From contig CAKRQL010000013.1 of the NCBI GenBank assembly GCA_934393265.1, positions 25,082 to 89,081 of the forward strand: a stretch of DNA of 64,000 nucleotides. The letters run 5' to 3'. Origin of the DNA: an uncultured Eubacteriales bacterium. Lineage in GTDB: Bacteria; Bacillota; Clostridia; Oscillospirales; CAG-272. A program made the position numbers and the translations under genes. The number at the start of each line of letters is the position of its first letter. Positions within the stretch are counted from its first letter, which is position 1. Below are positions 50,398 to 58,411 of the stretch, piece by piece. Under the pieces are notes generated by a model, which was not told where the DNA came from, searched no databases, and saw only the letters and a program-made list of their open reading frames with translations.

Positions 50398-51279
50398 ATG
50401 AAAAAAACGATACTTGCTCTTCTGATTATCACCCTTGCCTTTACCGCCTTTTCAGCCTGTGCGGACGATGACGCAGACAAGGACGACAAGAACTCGCCGC
50501 TGCCGGAGGAGACCCTCGTTTCCGAGCTTGACCCCGGTAGCAGAAGCCTTATAAAGTCGCTTACCGATTATCTGAAGCAACTGAATGTCAACTTTGATCG
50601 TGATATGACTGAGCTAAACCTTAAGTCGCGCATAGACAAAATAAACGCGGGAGCAATGCCGCTCTTTGCTTCCTTTGATACGAAAAGTAATTATTTTGTC
50701 TGCGCCTATTATAATGCCGACCATGAGTACGACGAGACATCATACTGCTGCGCTGATAATTACACATGGGTAAAGGCTCAGAGAGCCGACTGTATTCCGG
50801 AGACCTACGGCGGCGCGCCCCATGTCGTCAGCTTTCAGATAAATACCGCTCCCACCGTCGCGGACCTAACCGGCAGGGCAGAGAGTGTCCCGTCGCTCGG
50901 TCATTTTCAGATGTACTCGCCGGAGTTTATCGGCGGCGTCAATAAAAAGGCGGCTCTTGATTACGATACCCCGATAATATACTTAAACGGTAGCAATGAT
51001 ACCGCCGTCTATGTCTCATCATATTCCTATAATTTCGATTACAACACCCTCCCGTATGTCACACTTGACGGCAGAGTATATATAACGGCGCTCCGGTATA
51101 CCGTGGCAAGGGACGGCACCAGAAGAGAAAATGACCTCAGATACGACCTCGGCAGGTATTATGACGCTCTCACCGGCATAATGCAAAGTGAAAATCACAG
51201 CGTCGAAGCCTCCGGCATCACATCGGTATACGCCCTCTTCGAGCTCGGCGAATTTATAGATACGGTTACGGCAAAGTAA
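50398..51279 (+). CDS. Lipoprotein of unknown function, paralog 1
   Basis: Signal peptide with a lipobox (..AFTAFSAC). 293 aa, homologous end to end with 51577-52416. RBS is AAAGGAG. Confidence 0.8.
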   Translation: MKKTILALLIITLAFTAFSACADDDADKDDKNSPLPEETLVSELDPGSRSLIKSLTDYLKQLNVNFDRDMTELNLKSRIDKINAGAMPLFASFDTKSNYFVCAYYNADHEYDETSYCCADNYTWVKAQRADCIPETYGGAPHVVSFQINTAPTVADLTGRAESVPSLGHFQMYSPEFIGGVNKKAALDYDTPIIYLNGSNDTAVYVSSYSYNFDYNTLPYVTLDGRVYITALRYTVARDGTRRENDLRYDLGRYYDALTGIMQSENHSVEASGITSVYALFELGEFIDTVTAK

Positions 51280-51341
51280 GCTGATTTCTATGGGCGCGGC
51301 TTAGCACAATTTATCTTTTTTCAAATTATCGCAATTTCTTG

Positions 51342-51370
51342 TTGACACATTAGTCAAAATTTGTTATAAT
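51342..51370 (+). promoter_or_regulatory. Perfect-consensus sigma-A promoter with extended -10 (lipoprotein paralog 2)
   Basis: TTGACA-17 nt-(TGT)TATAAT. It is homologous to the promoter at 50330-50358. Confidence 0.7.
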
Positions 51371-51500
51371 ATTATTGTAAGCAAAGACGGTGGAGGGCAT
51401 GGTATGTTTTCATATGTGTGTAGGCAATACTACCCAACAGAAGATATATCTATGCATTTTTACCGATATAGGGGCGGGCAATTGAAAATTCTGATGTTTT

Positions 51501-51545
51501 GCGCATGAACGGGCTCACTATGTTAGCCTGTCCATGCGCTTTTTA
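51501..51545 (+). terminator. Intrinsic-terminator-like hairpin inside the 5' leader of lipoprotein paralog 2
   Basis: GCGCATG..(GGGCT...AGCCT)..CATGCGC followed by TTTTTAC, 30 nt before the RBS. Confidence 0.5.
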
Positions 51546-51576
51546 CATGAAGAGTTATTTGGAGGGAGTGATTGAA

Positions 51577-52416
51577 ATGAAAAAAATTATAATCTTAATT
51601 CTTGCTTTTACGGTTGTTTTTGCGGTATTCCCGGGGTGTGCAAAAAACGACAGCACACTTGAAGAGATTTCACCTCGGGACAACGGGTTGATAGAAAAAC
51701 TTGTCGATTATCTCGGAGAGACCAACGCAAATTACGATATGCCGGAACTGACTCTGAAGAGCAGAATTAATCAGATAAACAATGGGAAACAAGCGCTGCT
51801 TGCCTCATTTGATATGGCAGATAGTTATTTTGTCTGCGCTTACTATAGCGAAGGTCACGAAAACGAAAAGACGTCATATTGTTGTGCTGATAAATACACA
51901 TGGGTTAAGACCAAATATGCAGATTGTATCCCCGAGAGTTACAATGGTTCTCATCACATTGTAAGCTTTCAGTTGAACAGAGCCTCTTCGGTTGAAAATA
52001 TTATATCCGCAACGGAGAAAGCCCCTGCACTTGAACATTTTCAGATATATAAACCGGAGTTCAAGGATGGTCTGAATATTAAATCCCCGCTGTCATTTAA
52101 TACCCAGCTAATCAACATTGCGGAGACGGGCACTGACATCGTCTACATCTCCACTTTGTCAAGTGATTTTGATTATGTTACAATTCCATGTGCAAAACTT
52201 GGCAAAAAGATATATATAACGCAGATGTTGTATGTTGAGAAAAGCGACGGCACCCGTTCTGAAAATGATGTCAGCTACGATTTGGGTGAATATTATGACG
52301 CTTTGAGCGAGATTATGCTGACAGAGCGCTATGTTATTCCTACAGGGGACGGACAGTCCGTCGTGTACGGCTTGTTTGAAATCGACGACTTCGTAAAGGC
52401 AATCACTGAAAAATAG
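51577..52416 (+). CDS. Lipoprotein of unknown function, paralog 2 (AT-rich copy)
   Basis: Starts MKKIIILILAFTVVFAVFPGC (lipobox) at ATG 51577, after a GGAGGGA RBS. It shares the SYCCAD.YTWVK, CIPE.Y and H.VSFQ.N blocks with paralog 1. Confidence 0.82.
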   Translation: MKKIIILILAFTVVFAVFPGCAKNDSTLEEISPRDNGLIEKLVDYLGETNANYDMPELTLKSRINQINNGKQALLASFDMADSYFVCAYYSEGHENEKTSYCCADKYTWVKTKYADCIPESYNGSHHIVSFQLNRASSVENIISATEKAPALEHFQIYKPEFKDGLNIKSPLSFNTQLINIAETGTDIVYISTLSSDFDYVTIPCAKLGKKIYITQMLYVEKSDGTRSENDVSYDLGEYYDALSEIMLTERYVIPTGDGQSVVYGLFEIDDFVKAITEK

Positions 52417-52458
52417 TATTGTAAAACAGGATTATAAAAAACAAGGAGGAGATAAAAC

Positions 52459-53958
52459 ATGAAATCAAAAAAGAGATTAACAGCTGTTGCACTCGCTTTA
52501 ATAATAGTACTTAATTGCTTTATACTCGGCGCTATTCAAAGTTTCGCTCACAGCAAAATGCTTGATGTGGGTTATGACGACTGTGTTTTTGCTTACAGAT
52601 CTGACGGAATTGATGAAATGTGGTATACTCTTACCAAAGGTAATCTGTGCAGACATTACAGTCATGAAAGCAAGACCATAAAGTATTACTTTTCGGAAAC
52701 ATCAAAGGACGGAACATATTCGTGGACTACTGATGTATCGGAAAATGTTGCAAATGAAATAAAGAGCACATACGCCGAGAGTATGAAAAAGTGGAACAAT
52801 GTATATTTCTATGAAGAGGATTCGCAGGGGTTCGTTCTGAAACACAAGTTAATAAATATAGTTGAAGGAACCGCAACAGATTACAACATAATAATATATC
52901 CTATATCAGGCGCAGATTTTATAGCTTCTACGGGCGCTCGTGACAGCGCTGATGTTATAGAGAACGGTGATGTCAAACATCAGCATTATTCCAAATGGGA
53001 AATGAATGTAAATGTTGACTACTTCTATGTAAACGAGATGTGTAACGCAGATGAAGTCACTCTGACGAGAGAAAGAAACGGTGCTCATGAATTTGGGCAT
53101 GTGCTTGGATTGAGAGACATTGATTCAAATAATCTGTGTAATGCCGGTACTTCGCTGCAACATCACCATGAAGTTTTGATGGGCTATGGGGCGCCATTCT
53201 CGGAACGATCGTTCAATATAACATATAAAGATATAGCGGGTGCCGCTATAACGAGGGGGCTTCACACAGATTACGATCATCAATGGCTCAGCATGGGAGA
53301 ACAGAGCAATGGTCAGTACAAACTGGTGTGCTCTGTATGTAACGGGGTGAAAAATATAGAGAGCCTTGAAGATGTCTCGTATAATGTGTACGGTGTATGT
53401 AACAATAATCATACACTCGCCGGCGGCAATATGATGCCTGTGGCGAGCTACGGCAACAAGGATTATTTCAAATGCAGATATTGCAGATATGTCGCACCGT
53501 TTTCTGACATTGTTCCTCAGAATTATACGAAAACATATTTAACTGACGGTATGCACGAGGTTACTAATAATGTTCAGGGATTAGAATACTCATTCTACGA
53601 GTCGCATGAAATTGTAAATAATGAGTGCGTCGGATGTGGAACTCACATTCATTCTTATACTGTTCGTCACCAATGGTACACTGACACAATGCATAAGTCT
53701 TACTGTTCATGCGGAGAATACACAATGAATAATCATGTTGTTGCATCCGGAAGTTTTTCTTCAGGCGGAATGGGGTTATGCATTGAATGTCGCGGTCGTG
53801 TATTCATGGGAGTCCTTGAAAGCGTTCCCGACAGTAATCGTCTTCATACAAAGAACGGAAGCTTCATCCTTACTAACGGTATAATTGTGTTGGTAGAAGA
53901 AGATATGGAGGCTTATCTGAAAGGCGAGTTAGTATTCTATAGAGGCGAAACCGAATAA
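52459..53958 (+). CDS. Secreted metzincin-type zinc metalloprotease with Cys/His-rich C-terminal region
   Basis: Signal peptide. Zinc motif HEFGHVLGLRD (HExxHxxGxxD) with a downstream LMGY Met-turn candidate. The C-terminal ~240 aa hold four CxxC pairs and a CSC. The gene is AT-rich. RBS is AAGGAGGAG. Confidence 0.8.
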   Translation: MKSKKRLTAVALALIIVLNCFILGAIQSFAHSKMLDVGYDDCVFAYRSDGIDEMWYTLTKGNLCRHYSHESKTIKYYFSETSKDGTYSWTTDVSENVANEIKSTYAESMKKWNNVYFYEEDSQGFVLKHKLINIVEGTATDYNIIIYPISGADFIASTGARDSADVIENGDVKHQHYSKWEMNVNVDYFYVNEMCNADEVTLTRERNGAHEFGHVLGLRDIDSNNLCNAGTSLQHHHEVLMGYGAPFSERSFNITYKDIAGAAITRGLHTDYDHQWLSMGEQSNGQYKLVCSVCNGVKNIESLEDVSYNVYGVCNNNHTLAGGNMMPVASYGNKDYFKCRYCRYVAPFSDIVPQNYTKTYLTDGMHEVTNNVQGLEYSFYESHEIVNNECVGCGTHIHSYTVRHQWYTDTMHKSYCSCGEYTMNNHVVASGSFSSGGMGLCIECRGRVFMGVLESVPDSNRLHTKNGSFILTNGIIVLVEEDMEAYLKGELVFYRGETE

Positions 53959-53971
53959 AAATAAGTAGCGC

Positions 53972-53997
53972 GCCGCCGCGGGTAACACCGCGGCGGC
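53972..53997. terminator. GC-rich hairpin terminator between convergent genes
   Basis: GCCGCCGCGG-GTAACA-CCGCGGCGGC. Confidence 0.6.
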
Positions 53998-54051
53998 ACG
54001 CTTTATATTCCAGCTTTGCAGATGTGGTCGACGACTTTCATTTTTTGATGT

Positions 54052-54822
54052 TTACTGCATATATTTCCGCAGTTTGTCAATAGCCGCTTTTTCGAGCCTC
54101 GAAACCTGCGCCTGGCTTATCCCTATCTCGGAGGAGATTTCCATTTGGGTCTTCCCGGAGTAGAAGCGACGGTCGATTATCCCGCGCTCCCGAGGGGTGA
54201 GCTTTGAGAGCGCGTCGCGCAGCGACATGTTCTCGACCCAGTCGTCGTCCCCGTCGCCCTCGCTCTTTATCTGGTCGATAACATAGACAGAGTCCTCGCC
54301 GTCGTTGTAGACCGAGTCATAGAGCGACACCGGCTCGACAATAGCCTCGAGCGCCCCGCCGACAGCCCCCTCAGACTCGCCGAGGGCTTTTGCTATCTCC
54401 GCCACCGTCGCGTCCCTGTGGTGCTCTGCGGAGATCTTCTCCCGCACCTGCAGCGCCCGATAGGCGAGGTCGCGCACGCTCCGGCTTATCCGCACGGAGT
54501 TGTTGTCGCGCAGATACCGCCGTATCTCGCCGATTATCATAGGGACGGCGTAGGTGGAAAAGCGAACATCAAGTGTGAGATTAAAATTGTCGATAGCCTT
54601 GATGAGCCCGATGCACCCGACCTGAAACAGGTCGTCGACAGACTCTCTCTTCGCTCCGAACCGCTGAATGACGCTTAAAACGAGCCGCAGATTTCCGATG
54701 ACGAGGCGGTCGCGCGCGCTCCTGTCACCCTCACGCACTCTGAGCAGGAGCCGCCGCTTTTCCTCCTCTGTCAGCGTCGTCAGCTCGGAGGTGTTTATCC
54801 CGCATATCTCAACCTTATTCAT
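54052..54822 (-). CDS. sigG: Sporulation sigma factor SigG
   Basis: 256 aa. It tracks B. subtilis SigG closely as I recall it (NKVEICG..TS.L, GNLRLVLSVIQRF, DDLFQVGCIGL.K.IDNF, FSTYAVPMIIGEIRRYLRDNN, GISQAQVSRLEKAAI). Confidence 0.9.
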   Translation of the reverse strand: MNKVEICGINTSELTTLTEEEKRRLLLRVREGDRSARDRLVIGNLRLVLSVIQRFGAKRESVDDLFQVGCIGLIKAIDNFNLTLDVRFSTYAVPMIIGEIRRYLRDNNSVRISRSVRDLAYRALQVREKISAEHHRDATVAEIAKALGESEGAVGGALEAIVEPVSLYDSVYNDGEDSVYVIDQIKSEGDGDDDWVENMSLRDALSKLTPRERGIIDRRFYSGKTQMEISSEIGISQAQVSRLEKAAIDKLRKYMQ

Positions 54823-54931
54823 ACATACCCCCTGACATAGGGAAGTATTGCCGTAATGCGACAGTTTTAGACCGCGCGGCGAATGGAAATATGCGGAAAT
54901 TTAGCGAAAAGAATTATTTCGCGTCTTTTTT

Positions 54932-56008
54932 CTAAGCCGCCTCCGGCTCGGCGCCCTTTGCCGCGCTCAGCATATTTTCTATAAATATCCCATATCCTAC
55001 CGTCGGGTCGCTTATCATGACATGAGTGACAGCACCAATGAGCTTTCCGTCCTGTATGATAGGTGAGCCGGACATCCCGCGGACTATTCCGCCGGTTATC
55101 GCAATAAGGTCGGGGTCGGTCACCGCAATGCGGAAGGAGCGCGTCCCGTCCGTGCTCTCCTCGAGCCCGGTTATAGATATTCCGTATTTCTCAACATTGC
55201 CGCTGCGCACGGTGCATAGAATTTCCGCCGCCCCGGTGTGGACATCTCCGCTCTTGCCGACGGGCAGGGGCGTGTACGGTTTTTCCGGGAGAATTTCGAG
55301 CTTTCCGAAAACTCCGCACTCACAGTTTTTAGTAAGATACCCTGTCTTTTTCCCGGTCAGCACCCCGCGCAGCTCCCCGGGGTCGCCCGCCTCCCCGCGC
55401 TCGACTCCGCCGAGGATGACCCCCGTTACGTCTCCGCTCTCCATGCTTATGACATTTCCGTCTCCGTCGCATATCCCGTGCCCGAGCCCGCCGAAGAGCC
55501 CCGTCTCCGGGTCAAGGAATGTGACTGTGCCTATCCCCGCCGCCCCGTCGGAGAGCAAGAGCCCGAGCTGATAGCTGTCGCCGACCTTCGTCGGTAAGAG
55601 CTCGGTCTCGTGCTCACATCCTCCGCGCAGGTATGTCACGCGTACGCTCCCGCCGCGCGACTTTGATATGAGGCGTTTTATCTCATCTCCGCTCTTTACC
55701 GTCTGCCCGGCTATCCCGGTTATCCTGTCGCCCCGCTTTATCGTGTGTATCCCGGAGGATACGTCCTCAACGTAAACGCCGACGCCGTGAATACGGACGC
55801 CGAAAACGCTCCCCCCGGGGCAGAGCCGGAGCTCCTCCTCCGTGCCGAAGAGGAGCTCGTAAATTCTCGACGATACGTTTATATCCCGCACGGCGGCGCG
55901 CCCGCCCGCATCGGTCCCGTCAGCCCCCGCGGGGACGATAATGAGCGAGAAGAGCAGGGTTATGGCTGTAAGGAGGGTTGCAGCTCTCCCGAATAATTGT
56001 TTTTTCAT
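54932..56008 (-). CDS. spoIVB: SpoIVB peptidase (S55 signalling serine protease)
   Basis: N-terminal anchor, PDZ-like region (GD.I..I.G..V) and the catalytic segment GI..GMSGSPI...GKLIGAVTHV. The start was chosen at ATG 56008. Confidence 0.92.
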   Translation of the reverse strand: MKKQLFGRAATLLTAITLLFSLIIVPAGADGTDAGGRAAVRDINVSSRIYELLFGTEEELRLCPGGSVFGVRIHGVGVYVEDVSSGIHTIKRGDRITGIAGQTVKSGDEIKRLISKSRGGSVRVTYLRGGCEHETELLPTKVGDSYQLGLLLSDGAAGIGTVTFLDPETGLFGGLGHGICDGDGNVISMESGDVTGVILGGVERGEAGDPGELRGVLTGKKTGYLTKNCECGVFGKLEILPEKPYTPLPVGKSGDVHTGAAEILCTVRSGNVEKYGISITGLEESTDGTRSFRIAVTDPDLIAITGGIVRGMSGSPIIQDGKLIGAVTHVMISDPTVGYGIFIENMLSAAKGAEPEAA

Positions 56009-56098
56009 CTCGGAAATCCTTTCGCATGGGTTTACAAATTCATTTTGCCACGGAACGGGGTGTGATATGTCTAACAAAAAATAGCATATCGGGGCTGA

Positions 56099-56123
56099 CA
56101 CATACGGCGCAGACCGAAAAAAC
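56099..56123. repeat. 25-nt repeat, copy 1
   Basis: CACATACGGCGCAGACCGAAAAAAC. Confidence 0.85.
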
Positions 56124-56316
56124 GCCGAATAATTGTATACACTATGAAATCGCTTATGTGCGATGCGTTTTTTTAAGAGGTTGAAATCCTGCGGATTTCT
56201 TCATTTTTATGTGTTTTTTCTGCCGCCGTTTTCGCTCTCTGCCGTATGTAAATACGGCGACGAGCGCGAAGAACGACGACTCTGCATCCGCCTGTGTCAG
56301 CCCGGGCGCACTTTGT

Positions 56317-56341
56317 CACATACGGCGCAGAACGAAAAAAC
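56317..56341. repeat. 25-nt repeat, copy 2
   Basis: CACATACGGCGCAGAACGAAAAAAC (1 mismatch). Confidence 0.85.
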
Positions 56342-56382
56342 ACGGGAAAAGTTTTATGTGCTCTGAAATCAAAACATAAAAA

Positions 56383-56408
56383 CACATACGGCGCAGACCG
56401 AAAAAAAC
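56383..56408. repeat. 25-nt repeat, copy 3 (overlaps the T-tract of the MATE terminator)
   Basis: CACATACGGCGCAGACCGAAAAAAAC (1 extra A). Confidence 0.85.
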
Positions 56409-56435
56409 GACCCGCGCGGGATTTTGCGCGGGTCG
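56400..56435 (-). terminator. Rho-independent terminator of the MATE gene
   Basis: Minus strand reads CGACCCGCGC...GCGCGGGTCG followed by TTTTTTT. Confidence 0.75.
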
Positions 56436-56469
56436 CCTTGTTTCTATAAAACTTTTTCTGATTTCAAAA

Positions 56470-57867
56470 TCACTGAATTTTCTGTGCCTCCTGCCCGGTG
56501 AACACAGCCCCGGCAGACGACATTTTTTTGTAGGAAATTACAAAATAAATTATTTCCGCAACCGCCGTTATAGCCCACGAAAACGGGTAGAGAAGATACA
56601 GCCCTGCGAGCGTATGGAAGTGCTGAAATACCGTATATACCCACGCGACGCGGAACACGCAGGAGCCCATTATAACAATGATTGTAGGCACAAGGCTTTT
56701 GCCGATACCGCGCGACGCCGCAATGGTACAGTCCATGAACGCGGATATGCAGTAGGTGGTACTCATTATGACGAGCCGCTCGCGCCCCGCCTCGACAACC
56801 TCCGGCACATTCGTGAATATGGAGAGGAAACCGTCGCGGAAGATCAGGAGCAGCGCGCCGAGCACTGCCGCTATTCCGAAAGAATAAACCAGCGAAATAA
56901 TGTAGCTCTGCATGACCCGTTTCCGCTTCCCGGCTCCGAGGTTCTGCCCCATGAAGCTTGAGCAGGCGGTGTAGAGTGCCGCCATTACGTTGTAGACGAG
57001 CGCGTCGGAGTTAGCCGCCGCGGCATTGCCCTCGACGTATACCGCGTCAAAGCTGTTGACGCCGCTCTGTATAAAGAGATTAGCTATCGAGAATATCGAG
57101 TTCTGTATTCCCGCGGGTACACCGAGGGAGAGAATAGCCGCAACCTTTGAGCGGTGGAACCGGAGCTTACGCACCGATAGGGCACAGCTGCTCTTCGAGC
57201 GGGCGAGGCGGATTATTATAAGGGATGCCGAGAGGTATTGCGAGATTATGCTCGCCCACGCGACGCCGTCCTCCGCCATTCCGAGGACTATTACGAAAAA
57301 GAGATTGAGTATAACGTTGAGTAGCCCCGCCGCCGTAAGATATATGAGCGGACGCTTCGTATCTCCCGCCGCACTTATAACTCCGTTGCCGAAATTGAAG
57401 AGCGCGACGCCGGGCATACCGAACGAGTATATTTTGAAGTAGAGCACAGCCCCGTCGATAAGCTCATCCTTTGTGCCGAGCAGGGTGAGGAGCGGGCGCG
57501 CAAAGAGGTAGCAGAGGACGCCGAGTATCACGCCGGCAACGAGGCTGACGAGAAAGGAGGTGTGCACCGTCTCCTCCGTGTCCCTCTCACGCCTTGCCCC
57601 GAGATATTGGGCGACGCGGACATTTATTCCGCTGCCTATACCTATAAGAAATCCGGTGAAAAGTGTGACGAGCGTCGTCGTCGAGCCGACAGCGCCGAGC
57701 GCCTCCGCGCTCGCAAACTGACCGACCGTCGCGACATCCGCCATGTTGAAGAGAACCTGCAGAACCTGAGAGAGCATCAGAGGAATACTGAAAAGAATTA
57801 TGCTTTTCCAGAGCGAGCCCTCGGTCATCAGGTTATCCGCAGCAAGTGAATTTTTGCCGTTATTCAT
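56470..57867 (-). CDS. MATE family efflux transporter
   Basis: 465 aa from ATG 57867. N-terminal EGSLWKSIILFSIPLMLSQVLQVLFN.AD signature and about 12 TM segments. Confidence 0.9.
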   Translation of the reverse strand: MNNGKNSLAADNLMTEGSLWKSIILFSIPLMLSQVLQVLFNMADVATVGQFASAEALGAVGSTTTLVTLFTGFLIGIGSGINVRVAQYLGARRERDTEETVHTSFLVSLVAGVILGVLCYLFARPLLTLLGTKDELIDGAVLYFKIYSFGMPGVALFNFGNGVISAAGDTKRPLIYLTAAGLLNVILNLFFVIVLGMAEDGVAWASIISQYLSASLIIIRLARSKSSCALSVRKLRFHRSKVAAILSLGVPAGIQNSIFSIANLFIQSGVNSFDAVYVEGNAAAANSDALVYNVMAALYTACSSFMGQNLGAGKRKRVMQSYIISLVYSFGIAAVLGALLLIFRDGFLSIFTNVPEVVEAGRERLVIMSTTYCISAFMDCTIAASRGIGKSLVPTIIVIMGSCVFRVAWVYTVFQHFHTLAGLYLLYPFSWAITAVAEIIYFVISYKKMSSAGAVFTGQEAQKIQ

Positions 57868-57877
57868 GGTGAAAATG

Positions 57878-58411
57878 CTACACGCCTCCCGGCTTTTTTC
57901 CGAAGAACATTTTATAAAATACCGCGTAAAGGTCGTCGGCAGAGTATGCATAGACTGCGAGCGTGCGCGTCGGCTTTGCGAGAATCTGGAGAATAACGCT
58001 TATATGACTTTTGTTGTCCTCGCGGAAGAGCTTGAAGCCTACAGAGCCGGCACAGTCGGCGATAAACGATGTGCGCGAGCGGTTCATGAGCTTTTGCGAC
58101 GCGCCGACGGCAATCTCGAAAACAAAGGCGTTTACCTTGTAGGAGACGGAAACCGTGTCATTCACGCCGCCCCCGGTGAGAAGGCAGGCAATAGTCTCGC
58201 GCATGAAGTAGGCGAGTGCCTCGGGAGATATGCAGACGAACCCGGGCTGCACATCACATTCGGTTATGTGAAAATAATTTCCGAAGTACCTTTCGAGAAA
58301 TACGTTCATCGCGTCGACAATGTCGCCGCCACGCATTGTGAATTTTGTGAAATCGGAGGGCAGGCTGTCGGAGAGGACTATCTCCTTGCCGTTTATCATG
58401 AGGGTCTCCAT
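57878..58411 (-). CDS. Hypothetical cytoplasmic protein
   Basis: 177 aa with no motif I can name with confidence. Its position suggests co-transcription with the upstream lipoprotein gene (1-nt overlap). Confidence 0.55.
   Translation of the reverse strand: METLMINGKEIVLSDSLPSDFTKFTMRGGDIVDAMNVFLERYFGNYFHITECDVQPGFVCISPEALAYFMRETIACLLTGGGVNDTVSVSYKVNAFVFEIAVGASQKLMNRSRTSFIADCAGSVGFKLFREDNKSHISVILQILAKPTRTLAVYAYSADDLYAVFYKMFFGKKPGGV

Noticed and set aside
56163-56385. ORFs of 67 aa (+) and 70 aa (-) inside the spoIVB upstream repeat region.
   Set aside because: They have no RBS, overlap each other on opposite strands, span the 25-nt repeats and hairpins, and their translations are implausible.
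56099-56408. Possible CRISPR array, because of three direct repeats.
   Set aside because: There are only three copies with very unequal spacing (about 193 and 41 nt between copies). The repeat is not palindromic like typical CRISPR repeats, and no cas genes are present in the window.
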